This document shows, in pieces, positions 18,275 through 28,206 of a DNA stretch of 64,000 bases; position 1 is the stretch's first letter; each line of letters begins with the position of its first letter. Made by a program: the position numbers and the translations under genes. The notes beneath the pieces are model-generated. The model worked only from the letters and a program-made list of their open reading frames with translations. It searched no databases and was not told where the DNA came from. The stretch comes from Deinococcales bacterium. GTDB lineage: Bacteria; Deinococcota; Deinococci; Deinococcales; JAAFIG01. The stretch covers positions 90,267-154,266 of the forward strand of contig JAYWGM010000094.1 in assembly GCA_043778225.1 (NCBI GenBank). Direction: 5' to 3'.

Positions 18275-20683
18275 ATGAGGAGAAAGTCGTTCGGATTTAT
18301 TCCAGCCCTGACCGCCGTGAGTCTGGTTGCGCTGATGGTTGCTTCAGCACAAGTCACATTGCAAAAAATTGCTGGCGCAGCCAAAGACATTGCCATTGGC
18401 GCGAATAATCAGATTTGGATTATTGGAACAGACAACACCGCCTACAGCCGCAGCAATAACACTTGGAAAAAACAGAATTCGACGAGTCTAAGCCGAATTG
18501 CTGTAGACCCCCAAGGCAACGCTTGGGCAATTGCTAAGTCTGATAATCGGATTGTGCGTTTTAATAAAAATGCGTGGAGCAATTTTGCAGGGAAAGCCCA
18601 AGATATTGCAATCGGAGCAAACGGCACGGTTTTTAGTGTCAGCCTAACAGGCGATGTCCTGCCGCTTGTTGGCTCGAGTTGGGGCAAGAGTATTGGCAGT
18701 GCTTCACAAGTCGCGGTTGACCCCAAAGGCAACCCGTGGACAGTTGGTGCAAATGGTGAAATCTCGAGGTTCGTGAATGGCAAACCGCAAAGCATTCCTG
18801 GACAAGCCAAAAGCATTGCAATTGCGGCGAACGGCGCGGTTTATGTGCTTGGGGCAGATTTTACTCGAGTTTGGCGTTGGGATGGTGGTACGGGTTGGAA
18901 TGTGGCTGCCTCTGTGCCAGATGCGACTCGAGTGGCGACCGATAAAAGTGGGACGCTGTTTGTGCTCAATAAAAAAGGTGAAATCCAACGGGTTGTGGCT
19001 GCGCCCACGCCACCAGCGCCACCAACCCCAGATGCTCGAGCCAATTTTAATAATCTGGTACTAGGTTTACCCAATTGGGAGGTGTTCTCGCCGACCCTGC
19101 CAGACCAAAACCGTGCGGTTGGTGGCAGTAGCCGTGCGGTGCAAGCTGTGGAGAGAACCGCCTATGACTGCACCACCACACCGTACAGCATCACCGAAAC
19201 TCCTGACAAAATCGTGACCTTTAGCCCCGACGCGAATGTGCTTTGGGCTGGGGCTTTGCTGCAAGGCAAGGGCTATAAACTTGGGATTGGTTCACTCAAA
19301 GAACTGCCGATTCGGCAACGCGCCCCGCTTGGTTTATCGGTCAGTTTACAAACGGCTAATAACAGCGCCACAATTCCCAACCCAGATAACATCAGTGTTG
19401 GGGCTGCCATTGGTAGCATCATCGAAAACGCCGAGCGAAACGGGATTAAACCAGCCACCAGTATAACGTACCTCAAAACCGATAGTTACTCGGCAGAACA
19501 AATTGCTTTGTCGCTTGGTATTTCGGCTAAATACATGGGCAGTTCGGCAAAAGCCACTTTTAACTTTAACCGCAGTGCCAACGAGCGCACCATCACCGCG
19601 ATTTTTAGAGAAACAGCCTTTACGGTTTCAGTGGCAGCGCCGCAAATTGCCTCGAGTTACCTGAGTAACACCTTTAGCCAAGCCGACCTCGATGCCCAAA
19701 TTGCACAGGGGAACATCGGCAGCGATAACATTCCAGTCTATGTCTCGAGTATTACCTATGGACGAATGCTGATGTTTTCTTTAACCTCGACTGCCAGCAC
19801 CCAAGAAATGAGTGCCACTCTGGACGCGCTCTACAAAGGCGGCACGATCGAAGTTGAGGGGAATTTATCGGCGGCGCAGAAAAGAGTTTTGCAGAATTCG
19901 AGAATTAGTGTTGCGACCATCGGTGGGGATTCTGATAATGCACGGCGTTTAATCGCTTCGGGCAGATTAGCCGATTACTTTAGTCAAACCAATTCGCTTA
20001 GCACTTACAAACCCGTTTCTTATGAGATTCGTAATCTTGGCGATGGCAGCATTGCCAAACTCTCCGAAACCAGCAATTACAACGTCACACAGTGCAGTGC
20101 CTTAACCGCCAAAAAAGTTGGTGAGCGCTGGGTCAATGTTATCGATGGGATTTACCTTAATAACGCAGGCGACGGCGAAACGGGCGATATTTATGGTCTT
20201 GGGGTTCTCGAGGGTGCGACTGGTACGATTTTTAATATCTCGGAAAACGCTCCTGTGGTCATGAAAACAGGTTCGGTCTTTGGTGCAAACCGCCAAATTA
20301 CAGTCCCCGGCATCAACACCTTTATAGGCGACGGGCGTTTTGACACCAATAACAATTTTGTGGTCAGAGATTACTTTAATGCCGCTCCAAAAAACCTTGA
20401 TTTTATTGTCTTCTTAGTTGACCGAGACTCGAGGGTGCTTGATGATGATGATGCAATTATTTTCCGAGGCGACAACAACCCGATTATTCTGAGTAACCCA
20501 TTTGGTGGCAGCGACAAATTACAAGCTGTTCGGGTGGACGGTGCGGGCAGAGGCACACCGGGCAGTGCCACGGTCATTTATCGTCAGAAGAAACTCTGTA
20601 ATTTACTTGAAGACCCAATCAGTAAACAAATTGTTGCCGAAGAAAATTGTTTATCGGCTTCGCTTGCCATCAGTCAGCCGTAA
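18275..20683 (+). CDS. Secreted tectonin beta-propeller fused to a thiol-activated (cholesterol-dependent) cytolysin-like domain
   Basis: Sec signal; six DIAIG/IAVDP.G..W repeats; Pro linker; LWAGALLQG, PVYVSSITYGR, ATIGG, PVSY.IRNL. Confidence 0.85.
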   Translation: MRRKSFGFIPALTAVSLVALMVASAQVTLQKIAGAAKDIAIGANNQIWIIGTDNTAYSRSNNTWKKQNSTSLSRIAVDPQGNAWAIAKSDNRIVRFNKNAWSNFAGKAQDIAIGANGTVFSVSLTGDVLPLVGSSWGKSIGSASQVAVDPKGNPWTVGANGEISRFVNGKPQSIPGQAKSIAIAANGAVYVLGADFTRVWRWDGGTGWNVAASVPDATRVATDKSGTLFVLNKKGEIQRVVAAPTPPAPPTPDARANFNNLVLGLPNWEVFSPTLPDQNRAVGGSSRAVQAVERTAYDCTTTPYSITETPDKIVTFSPDANVLWAGALLQGKGYKLGIGSLKELPIRQRAPLGLSVSLQTANNSATIPNPDNISVGAAIGSIIENAERNGIKPATSITYLKTDSYSAEQIALSLGISAKYMGSSAKATFNFNRSANERTITAIFRETAFTVSVAAPQIASSYLSNTFSQADLDAQIAQGNIGSDNIPVYVSSITYGRMLMFSLTSTASTQEMSATLDALYKGGTIEVEGNLSAAQKRVLQNSRISVATIGGDSDNARRLIASGRLADYFSQTNSLSTYKPVSYEIRNLGDGSIAKLSETSNYNVTQCSALTAKKVGERWVNVIDGIYLNNAGDGETGDIYGLGVLEGATGTIFNISENAPVVMKTGSVFGANRQITVPGINTFIGDGRFDTNNNFVVRDYFNAAPKNLDFIVFLVDRDSRVLDDDDAIIFRGDNNPIILSNPFGGSDKLQAVRVDGAGRGTPGSATVIYRQKKLCNLLEDPISKQIVAEENCLSASLAISQP

Positions 20684-20700
20684 AACTCGAGGAGAGGTAC

Positions 20701-21468
20701 ATGAAAAAACAATTTTTTGCTTTGATGTTTGCACTGGTTTGGATGGTGGCATCGGCACAATCTACATTTAGCCCCGTTACGGGTAAAGCCTTTGATATTG
20801 CCATTGGTGCAAATGGCGCGGTTTGGTCAGTTGGTACGAACTTTGTGGTCAATCAATGGAACGGCTCGGGTTGGACGCAAGCCGCAGACCAAGAAGGCAA
20901 ATGGGAATTAAAAGACAAGGTGTGGGTCTGGCAGGAAAGAAAAGACATGATCCGAGTTGCGGTAGACCCACAAGGTAATCCTTGGGCAATAGATAAGAAA
21001 TTCGTGTTGTGGCGCTTGGTGAATAATGTTTGGCAACAAGTTGCTACGAACACAGTATCTGTTGGCTTTGGCGTGAATGGCAGCATTTACCGTACTGACG
21101 TGAAATATGACTTATACCAGTGGAATGGCACAAACTGGGGAACAAGCTTAGATTCAGATGCTGCGGATGTTTTTGTTAGTCCGCAAAGCAACCCTTGGAC
21201 AACCTCGACAAAAGGTCAAATCTCAAGGCTTGTCAATGGCAAATTAGAACGGGTGGCTGGTGAAACGTACAGCCTAGCAATCTCGGCAAATGGCATGGTT
21301 TTTCATGTAGGAGCGGATTACCGCCGAATCTGGCTCTGGACGGGTACTAACTGGGTGAACATTGGCGAAGTGCCAAATGCCAGTCGAATTGCGGCTGACC
21401 CAAGAGGCGCACTCTGGGTGGTTACAAAAGAAGGTGTGATTTACAAAAGTACGCCTTTCACGCCGTAA
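20701..21468 (+). CDS. Secreted stand-alone tectonin beta-propeller lectin
   Basis: RBS GAGGAG, signal peptide, six repeats paralogous to the N-terminus of the upstream gene. Confidence 0.85.
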   Translation: MKKQFFALMFALVWMVASAQSTFSPVTGKAFDIAIGANGAVWSVGTNFVVNQWNGSGWTQAADQEGKWELKDKVWVWQERKDMIRVAVDPQGNPWAIDKKFVLWRLVNNVWQQVATNTVSVGFGVNGSIYRTDVKYDLYQWNGTNWGTSLDSDAADVFVSPQSNPWTTSTKGQISRLVNGKLERVAGETYSLAISANGMVFHVGADYRRIWLWTGTNWVNIGEVPNASRIAADPRGALWVVTKEGVIYKSTPFTP

Positions 21469-21482
21469 ATAAAAACTCGAGT

Positions 21483-21512
21483 AACCTCCAAGAGAATTTA
21501 CTCTTGGAGGTT
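21483..21512. terminator. Hairpin between convergent genes
   Basis: AACCTCCAAGAG/CTCTTGGAGGTT, 12-bp perfect stem. Confidence 0.55.
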
Positions 21513-22874
21513 CTGCACGGTGTAAATCAGCACCAAAATAAAACTTAAAACACTCATCTCAAGACTCGATGCCCCTAAAAAACCCAGCAGTGCCTCGGCA
21601 ACAAAGGTCAGTAATGCGGCGGCTACGCCAAGATTCTGTGTCAGGCTAGGATTCTTTGACCAGCGTTGTAAAGTCTCGAGCAGTACCAAACAAAAAATAG
21701 CCCGTAAACCAAGCAGCAGCGCATCGGGAATCCAAAATGTAGCCATGAGGCTCAAGAGGATAATCAGGCTTGCACCAATGCCAACCCGCCCAAGCAGAAT
21801 GGCTGAGCCTCGCACTGGCACGAGGCTGTTGGGCAGCACCGAACCAACCAGTGGCAAGGCAATAAAACTCAGGATTAAAACTTGGGCGGGTAGCGCAAAG
21901 CCATTTGGCACAACACTCGAGGCAGTCGCAAAAAAAGCCGATAAACCAAGCAGCACAAAAACCCATTGCCCGATGCTCCAACTGGTCATGGCTAGGGCGT
22001 TGCGCCACGCCAAGGCGGCACTTGCGCCATAACCAAGCGGTGGGGCTGGAATCCGCCAGCCTTGACCGCCCGAACTTGTGGCTTTGAGTTGGCGCTGTAA
22101 CCGTTCGCGCATTCCGGGGGCGGGCATGACCTGTTGGAGCATCATTGTGCCAAGCGCCCTAAGTTGTGCCAACACCACCGAATGCTGCAAAAACATCGGC
22201 GGAAAAGTCTCGAGGTAGACTTTTTGCAAGCTCAGCCAACCACTCATCAGCAAAAGGGTCGGAATAATCAGCACCACCAGACTCGAGCTATACAAGCTGG
22301 CTGCCACCCCAAGCCCCAGACCAACATCCAAAACCACCGACAGCAGCCACAACCCAACCAGCCACAGCCTCGAGCCACCAGCGTAAAGCGTCATTTGCCA
22401 AACGACTCGAGCCGTAAAAAGTAATGCCAAACTGAGTGGCGCAAAAGGCAACTCGAGCAAGAAAAAGGTTCGCAGAAAAATCCAGAGTAAGCCACCAAAT
22501 AATCCACCCAGAAAAAATTGCTGCCCGAGTGTTAAAAAAAGTGGATACTCGAGAATTTGTCTTGGCACAGCTGGTCCAATCCCAAGGCGCATCACATCGC
22601 GCTGCGAAATAATCACCATTGGCAACCTTGGGGTGGACAACGCCAGCCACCCAAAATAAAGACTCGAGCTAATTAATGCGCCAAGTTTTAGCCACTCGAG
22701 CGGCAGCGCAGTTTTAAGTGGAATCAAAAGCTGAAACCCAGCAATCAAATACACCACCAGCCAAAACAGCAGCCACGCCACCATGCCCCAACCAAAGGCT
22801 TTTTCGACCCATGTAAAGAACTTTTTCCACGCCCTGAGGGCGGTGGCGCGACGCAAAAAGCCAACCGCATTCAC
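21498..22874 (-). CDS. Polytopic membrane protein, probable ABC exporter permease
   Basis: Many TM helices; coupled to the ABC ATPase. Confidence 0.7.
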   Translation of the reverse strand: MNAVGFLRRATALRAWKKFFTWVEKAFGWGMVAWLLFWLVVYLIAGFQLLIPLKTALPLEWLKLGALISSSLYFGWLALSTPRLPMVIISQRDVMRLGIGPAVPRQILEYPLFLTLGQQFFLGGLFGGLLWIFLRTFFLLELPFAPLSLALLFTARVVWQMTLYAGGSRLWLVGLWLLSVVLDVGLGLGVAASLYSSSLVVLIIPTLLLMSGWLSLQKVYLETFPPMFLQHSVVLAQLRALGTMMLQQVMPAPGMRERLQRQLKATSSGGQGWRIPAPPLGYGASAALAWRNALAMTSWSIGQWVFVLLGLSAFFATASSVVPNGFALPAQVLILSFIALPLVGSVLPNSLVPVRGSAILLGRVGIGASLIILLSLMATFWIPDALLLGLRAIFCLVLLETLQRWSKNPSLTQNLGVAAALLTFVAEALLGFLGASSLEMSVLSFILVLIYTVQNLQE

Positions 22875-23500
22875 TCGAGTAACCGCCCATTCTCGAGTGC
22901 CAGAACACTGGCATTAGAAAAAGGCAAATCCAACTGATGGGCGCTAAAAAGCACACAACCACCCGCTTCGGCTCGAGCTTCTAGGGCTGCACCCAGCGCA
23001 ATTTGGGCATCTTGGTCAAGGGCATTAAAAGGTTCATCGAGCATTAGCAGTGGTGCTTCTAAACCCAGTGCCAAGGATAAGGATAACTTTTGCCGCATTC
23101 CCCTCGAGAATTCCGAAGGCACATCTTTTAAGCGGTTAATCAAAAAAAACTTCTCGAGCCAGCCTTGAATCTGCGCTTCGGCTTGTGGTTGCCCGTACAG
23201 CCGTGCCACAAACTGGGCGTGTTCTAAAATCGTTAAATCCTCGTAGAGCGCAGCTTCGTCTGGCACAAATAAAGTCTGGCGTTTGGCGGCTAAGGTACCC
23301 GGTTTTGCACCACCGACCAGCACCTGCCCGACAAATGGAATCAGCCCAGCAATGGCTCGCAGCAGGGTACTTTTCCCCGCTCCATTGCGCCCCGTAAAAC
23401 GCAACAGCGCACCAGCTTCGACGTTAAAGCCGATTTCCTCGAGAATCTTTGTGCCAGACAGCGCCACGCTTAGGTTCTCGACTTCTAAAACCAGACTCAC
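22871..23500 (-). CDS. ABC transporter ATP-binding protein
   Basis: GRNGAGKST, FSRGMRQK, LMLDEP. Confidence 0.93.
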   Translation of the reverse strand: MSLVLEVENLSVALSGTKILEEIGFNVEAGALLRFTGRNGAGKSTLLRAIAGLIPFVGQVLVGGAKPGTLAAKRQTLFVPDEAALYEDLTILEHAQFVARLYGQPQAEAQIQGWLEKFFLINRLKDVPSEFSRGMRQKLSLSLALGLEAPLLMLDEPFNALDQDAQIALGAALEARAEAGGCVLFSAHQLDLPFSNASVLALENGRLLE

Positions 23501-23979
23501 AGGAGTTGCTTGCCGTTCAGTTTAATTTGCCCATAATGGTACGGCACGTGCGCCACATGGGTCATGATGATGTTCAAAAGTTTGCGCTCACCCATGGGGG
23601 TCAGTACCATCTCCTCGAGTCGTGCCGTATCGGCTTGGGCTAAATCGGTGGCGGCTCGCTCGAGTTGCTGCTTGGTGTAGGCGATAATTTCGGCTTGACT
23701 GCTTTTAAGATTGACTGCCCCAAGCCCAAAAACAGCTTTGGCAAAGTCAGCTTCTTCCCAGCCGAGGTAGGCAAATTTTAAGGAGGTGTCCACATTCTCG
23801 AGTTTGGCTGGCACAAGAATTTGCGCCCAATCGGCGATGTGCAGGGCATTCCATGCGACACTGTTACCGCCACTGGGCAAGTCGGTGTGGAATTTATCTT
23901 CTGGGAATTCTGCCAACGTTTTTAAGAACACTTTGGCGGCTCGAGTCAGCTGTTCGACCAATACAGTTTTTGCATCCAT
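23497..23979 (-). CDS. DinB family protein
   Basis: NSVAWNALHIA and H..YHYGQI. Confidence 0.85.
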   Translation of the reverse strand: MDAKTVLVEQLTRAAKVFLKTLAEFPEDKFHTDLPSGGNSVAWNALHIADWAQILVPAKLENVDTSLKFAYLGWEEADFAKAVFGLGAVNLKSSQAEIIAYTKQQLERAATDLAQADTARLEEMVLTPMGERKLLNIIMTHVAHVPYHYGQIKLNGKQLL

Positions 23980-24023
23980 GCGCTTAGATTAACACGTGAT
24001 TTGGTCTGGGTAACTTAGCACGA

Positions 24024-24986
24024 TTAGATTCCAAAATCCCCAGTAAAATCTCGCCAAACACTGTGAATGTGCGTTCCCGAATTTCTTGAATTATCAAACT
24101 CGAGCAAAAAATCATTGCCTTGTAAGCGGTAATAATGTGCGTTGCGCGGCTCGAAGCTCCCTGCCCAAGCAAAGCGAATACGGCTAAACCCTTTTTGTAA
24201 TCGCTCGAGTAATGGCTGGCTAACCCCTTGAGGGAGTGTTTCAAGATAAGTTCGCACAATCTCGAGCGCTAAGTTTTGTTGGGGGTTAGTTAAAGCCGAC
24301 ATTTCAATCCCAAGAACTGGTAAGGGTTTGACCTGAACAGCATTTTGGGTGATGTGTTGGGTTAAACTTTCTTCTTGAAACACGGCAATCTTTCGTTGTT
24401 CTGGCTTTAAGGAACGCACCAATTCTCGAGCCGCCTCCTCTTCGCGGGGCATGACACGAAGTTTGCTATCGGTTTGGGTGGGTGATGCTCCTAGAAAAAA
24501 TGGTGTCAAAAAAAGGGCTGTGTCTTTGACTGTAAAATGTCTCGAGAGGTGATGACCTTCAAAACGCCAACCCCAAAGAGAACCGCTCGGCGTTCCAAAG
24601 ACCGAAACATAATATAAACCATCGTCTTGCCCAAGCTCAAGTTGCAAGGCAATAATGGCGACTGCTTGTTTGTAACCAGCTTCGGATAAACTTGTACGCA
24701 GCAGTGCCAAGGCAAGCGTGCGGCTTTCGCTACTCATGTCACGCAGCGCCAAGCCATTGCGCGGTACAGCACTCGGGGTTGTCCAATGCCAACGGGTTCG
24801 TTCACTACTGGCAAAAGTAAAACTGGCTTTGTTGCGTTGCGGGTTGCTGAGTGAAGCCAGAAAACGAGTCGCGGCGGTTGCCATATCAACCGCTAAACCC
24901 TGCGTTGTTTGTGCTTTGGTTCCAGACCCTAATAAGGCTGTACTTGCTCCGAGAGCGGCAATTTTAAGAAACGTTTTACGATTCAT
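24024..24986 (-). CDS. DUF3500-type protein with a Tat-like signal
   Basis: NRKTFLK signal; WGWRFEGHHLS, PFFLG, FAWAG, HYYRLQG, HIHSVWRD. Confidence 0.85.
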   Translation of the reverse strand: MNRKTFLKIAALGASTALLGSGTKAQTTQGLAVDMATAATRFLASLSNPQRNKASFTFASSERTRWHWTTPSAVPRNGLALRDMSSESRTLALALLRTSLSEAGYKQAVAIIALQLELGQDDGLYYVSVFGTPSGSLWGWRFEGHHLSRHFTVKDTALFLTPFFLGASPTQTDSKLRVMPREEEAARELVRSLKPEQRKIAVFQEESLTQHITQNAVQVKPLPVLGIEMSALTNPQQNLALEIVRTYLETLPQGVSQPLLERLQKGFSRIRFAWAGSFEPRNAHYYRLQGNDFLLEFDNSRNSGTHIHSVWRDFTGDFGI

Positions 24987-25102
24987 GATTTCCTCCGATT
25001 GCACTAAACGTTAGCAAGCTCGAGTGAATAAATGATGTAGATTATTCACCCGAGATTAGATTTTGCACAGCAAGTTTAATCGTTTAGAATTATCCTATTG
25101 GT

Positions 25103-25618
25103 ATGAAACGTTATTTTTTACTGCTGGTGCTGACCGCCTGCACAAGCACCACCTTACCAGCGCCCGTCACTCCTCCTGATGCTAATGTTCCGCCGCCCAA
25201 CGCCTCGGGTACAAATACAGCCTACTTAGCAGCCATCAATTTGGCTCGGAGCGAGGCTCGAGCCTGTGGTGCAAAAAATTTTGCGGCAACCAATCCATTG
25301 GTCTGGAATACCTTACTCGAGGCAGCCGCCAAAGCCCACAGCGACGATATGCGCGATCGAAATTACTTTGCACATGAAAATCCGGTCGGACCGACGCTGG
25401 CAAAACGCTTACAAACCGTTGGTTATTCTTGGAGTTCTTATGGCGAAAATATCGCGGCTGGCTATCCAAGCCTCGAGGCTGTCATGAAAGGTTGGCTAAA
25501 TAGCCCCGGTCACTGCTCAAATATCATGAATGCAAACTTTACCGAAGTTGCTTTGGTGGTATCCAAAGGTGGAGCATATGGTTCGTACTGGACAATGGAT
25601 TTAGGAAAACCCAAGTGA
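25103..25618 (+). CDS. CAP/SCP-domain lipoprotein
   Basis: Lipobox LTAC; AHSDDM, GENIAAG, WLNSPGHCSNIM. Confidence 0.92.
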   Translation: MKRYFLLLVLTACTSTTLPAPVTPPDANVPPPNASGTNTAYLAAINLARSEARACGAKNFAATNPLVWNTLLEAAAKAHSDDMRDRNYFAHENPVGPTLAKRLQTVGYSWSSYGENIAAGYPSLEAVMKGWLNSPGHCSNIMNANFTEVALVVSKGGAYGSYWTMDLGKPK

Positions 25619-25683
25619 TTCTCGAGAATTTCTGGCATAAAAGCAGCATCCAAACGCACCCAAGGGTTTTGAAATTGTCTAAA

Positions 25684-26271
25684 TCAGCGCAACACACCCT
25701 GTAAAAAAACCCTCGAGATAAGTTCACCGAGGTGGCTGGGCGGTGCAAAATCGGCGGGCAAAGAAATAAAGGCTTGCTTAATACTCGGTTCAAAAACCAA
25801 AGTGGTCAGTAAACCAGCGTACTCGAGTGGGTCGGCTGGGTGCAGCAGTCCTTGCTCGAGTCCAAGCGCAAAAACTTCAGTCACAGCGTAAATAAATGGC
25901 TTGAGTGAATCATCGGCGCTTTGTTCACTCGAGAAACTGCTGGACAGCAGCACCCGAAAAAAACCTTGATTGTGGCTTTGGTACAAAAGCGTTGTTTGAA
26001 CAATGGCTCTGAGTTTATTTTCAAAATCTGGCATGGCTTGTAGGGCTGTCTGGATTTTCTGGGTTAGCTCGAGCAATTTATATTCACGCAAGGCGGCAAT
26101 CAGGCTGGGCTTATCTCGAAAATGCTTGTATAACCCAACTCGAGTTAAGAGCGCCCGTTCGGCAATTTTATCCATTGAAGCACGGCTATACCCATCTTCG
26201 GAAAGCACCGCCAACGCCGCCTCGAGAATTTCTGTTTTGCGTTTTAAGGCACGGCGTTGGGTCAGGGTCAT
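25684..26271 (-). CDS. TetR/AcrR family regulator
   Basis: HTH ASMDKIAERALLTRVGLYKHF. Confidence 0.9.
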   Translation of the reverse strand: MTLTQRRALKRKTEILEAALAVLSEDGYSRASMDKIAERALLTRVGLYKHFRDKPSLIAALREYKLLELTQKIQTALQAMPDFENKLRAIVQTTLLYQSHNQGFFRVLLSSSFSSEQSADDSLKPFIYAVTEVFALGLEQGLLHPADPLEYAGLLTTLVFEPSIKQAFISLPADFAPPSHLGELISRVFLQGVLR

Positions 26272-26289
26272 CAGGGGCGCATTGTAGCA

Positions 26290-27330
26290 TTAGGCTTGAG
26301 CGGTGCTTGGGGTTGCGATTTTTGACTCGAGATAGCCGTTTTCTTTGTACCAAGCCAGTGTATCGCGCAGGGTTTGCTCGAGTGGGCGAAAAGTCACCCC
26401 CAATTCGCGTTCGGCTTTGGCGCTCGAAAGATTATGCAGTGCCAGCATGGTTTGTAGCCCCTCAAATGGCATGGTTGGGCTTTTGTTCTGTAGCCCCGAA
26501 ACAAAGGTATCTACTCGAGCCAAGGTTAAACCTAGCCAGTTTGGTATTTTTGTGGTGGGTGCTTTGATTCCCGAAATTTGCTCGAGTAACGCAAACAATT
26601 CTGTAAACCGCACCAATCGCCCAGCCACAATATATTTTTCGCCATTGCGCCCATGTTCTACTGCCTTAATCATCGCGGTTGCCACATCTCGAGCATCCAC
26701 CGTGCTTGTGCCAGCGTTAATCAGACCGGGAATTTTATTTGCCATAAAATCAAGCAGCAGTTGTCCAGCCGAGGTTGGGGCAGCATCCCTTGGGGCAAAC
26801 ATCCAACCCGGCAGGATGGTCACGATTTTTATGGCTCGAGGGGTGGCTTCTAGCCAGTTTTTTATGGCTATATCGCCTTCGACTTTACTTTTGAAATACA
26901 AATTTTGAGTCTCGGTCGCCATGGGTGTGTTTTCGTCGGCAATGGCATGATTAGCTGGAATACCGACCGAACCGCTCGAGGAAACATGGATAAAGTTTTT
27001 TACCCCGATTTTTTCGGATACCGTAATTAACTCGAGGGTCGCGTCTATGTTAATGCGTTTGAGTTTGCCCCAATGGTCTTGTCCAGCCGAATAATACTCA
27101 CGAAAATAGGCAGCCGTATGAAAAACCGTGTCTATGCCCTCGAGGGCTGAGGTAAAACCAGCTACGTTTTCCATATCACTTTCGATCATCTCGAGCGGCA
27201 AATTGCCAAAGAGTTTTTGCGCTTTTTGTTTGGAGCGCACCAAGGCTATCACTTCCCAACCTTGCTCGAGCAGCCCGCGAACCAAGTTATGACCGAGCAT
27301 TCCTGTGCTACCAGTAACCAGTGCTTTCAT
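26290..27330 (-). CDS. Extended SDR, NAD-dependent epimerase/dihydroflavonol reductase-like
   Basis: VTGSTGMLG, FHTAA, YFKSK. Confidence 0.92.
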   Translation of the reverse strand: MKALVTGSTGMLGHNLVRGLLEQGWEVIALVRSKQKAQKLFGNLPLEMIESDMENVAGFTSALEGIDTVFHTAAYFREYYSAGQDHWGKLKRINIDATLELITVSEKIGVKNFIHVSSSGSVGIPANHAIADENTPMATETQNLYFKSKVEGDIAIKNWLEATPRAIKIVTILPGWMFAPRDAAPTSAGQLLLDFMANKIPGLINAGTSTVDARDVATAMIKAVEHGRNGEKYIVAGRLVRFTELFALLEQISGIKAPTTKIPNWLGLTLARVDTFVSGLQNKSPTMPFEGLQTMLALHNLSSAKAERELGVTFRPLEQTLRDTLAWYKENGYLESKIATPSTAQA

Positions 27331-27367
27331 AATGACCTCTTTTCGGCATAGAACAGTATGCCAACTT

Positions 27368-27403
27368 AGTTTACATTATGTACACTTTTTTAAGATTTGT
27401 CAA
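27368..27403 (-). promoter_or_regulatory. Sigma70 promoter with an overlapping imperfect palindrome (likely TetR operator)
   Basis: TTGACA-N17-CATAAT on the minus strand; AGTTTACA-TTA-TGTACACT at 27368-27386. Confidence 0.65.
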
Positions 27404-27434
27404 TCGTTACAGGCTTGAGTGTATTTTTTGTTGT

Positions 27435-27603
27435 GGCTTGTTCATCTGCCAATGCCGAAAGGCTTGTTCACCTGCCAATGCCGAAAGGCTTGTTCACCTG
27501 CCAATGCCGAAAGGCTTGTTCACCTGCCAATGCCGAAAGGCTTGTTCATCTGCCAATGCCGAAAGGCTTGTTCATCTGCCAATGTCGGAAGGCTTGTTTA
27601 CCT
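27435..27603. repeat. 26-bp tandem repeat, about 6.5 copies, abutting the ruvA stop
   Basis: GGCTTGTTCAYCTGCCAATGCCGAAA at 27435, 27461, 27487, 27513, 27539, 27565, partial at 27591. Confidence 0.95.
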
Positions 27604-28191
27604 CAATTTAGCCAATGACTTACGAATTAAGCCTTCGGCGGTGTCATCTGCGCCACCCTCGAGCAGATTAGCAACCACGGTTCGCACTTGGGCATCGCGG
27701 TAGCCCAAAGAAATTAAGGCTTCGACCGCATCTCTAAATGCCTCATTTTCCGATGGGGCTGGACGCGGTGCGCCCTTGCCAACCGCCAAATGGGCGGGCA
27801 GTTTAGAACTTAGCTCGAGAATCAGCCGCTCGGCAGTTTTTTTGCCCACCCCAGAAACGCTGGCAAGTAACTTCGCGTCTTCTTTCATGATTGCACTGGC
27901 GAGGACATTCGGATTGTAAGTGGACAGGGCTGCTAAGGCAATTCGTGGACCGACTCCAGAAACACTTAAAAGCAGCTTAAAAATTTCTAAAGCATCGGAT
28001 TCGTGGAAACCATATAAACTCCAGCCATCCTCGCGCACAATTAAGCTGGTCTCGAGCCGCACCAGTTGCCCGACTTTACAACGTTCTAAACTTGGGCGTG
28101 GGCAAGAAATCTCGAGACCAATACCACCAACCGCGACAATCGCACTCGAGTCTTTAACCGCCACCACCAGACCTTCGACAAAAGCTATCAT
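27598..28191 (-). CDS. ruvA: Holliday junction branch migration protein RuvA
   Basis: MIAFVEG, VREDG..LYGF, HhH motifs VSGVGPR and VSGVGKKTAERLILEL. Confidence 0.97.
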   Translation of the reverse strand: MIAFVEGLVVAVKDSSAIVAVGGIGLEISCPRPSLERCKVGQLVRLETSLIVREDGWSLYGFHESDALEIFKLLLSVSGVGPRIALAALSTYNPNVLASAIMKEDAKLLASVSGVGKKTAERLILELSSKLPAHLAVGKGAPRPAPSENEAFRDAVEALISLGYRDAQVRTVVANLLEGGADDTAEGLIRKSLAKLR

Positions 28192-28206
28192 GCGCTATTG
28201 TATATT

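Noticed and set aside
27435..27603. CRISPR array
   Set aside because: Units are head-to-tail with no unique spacers and no cas genes; the short ORFs across it are repeat artefacts
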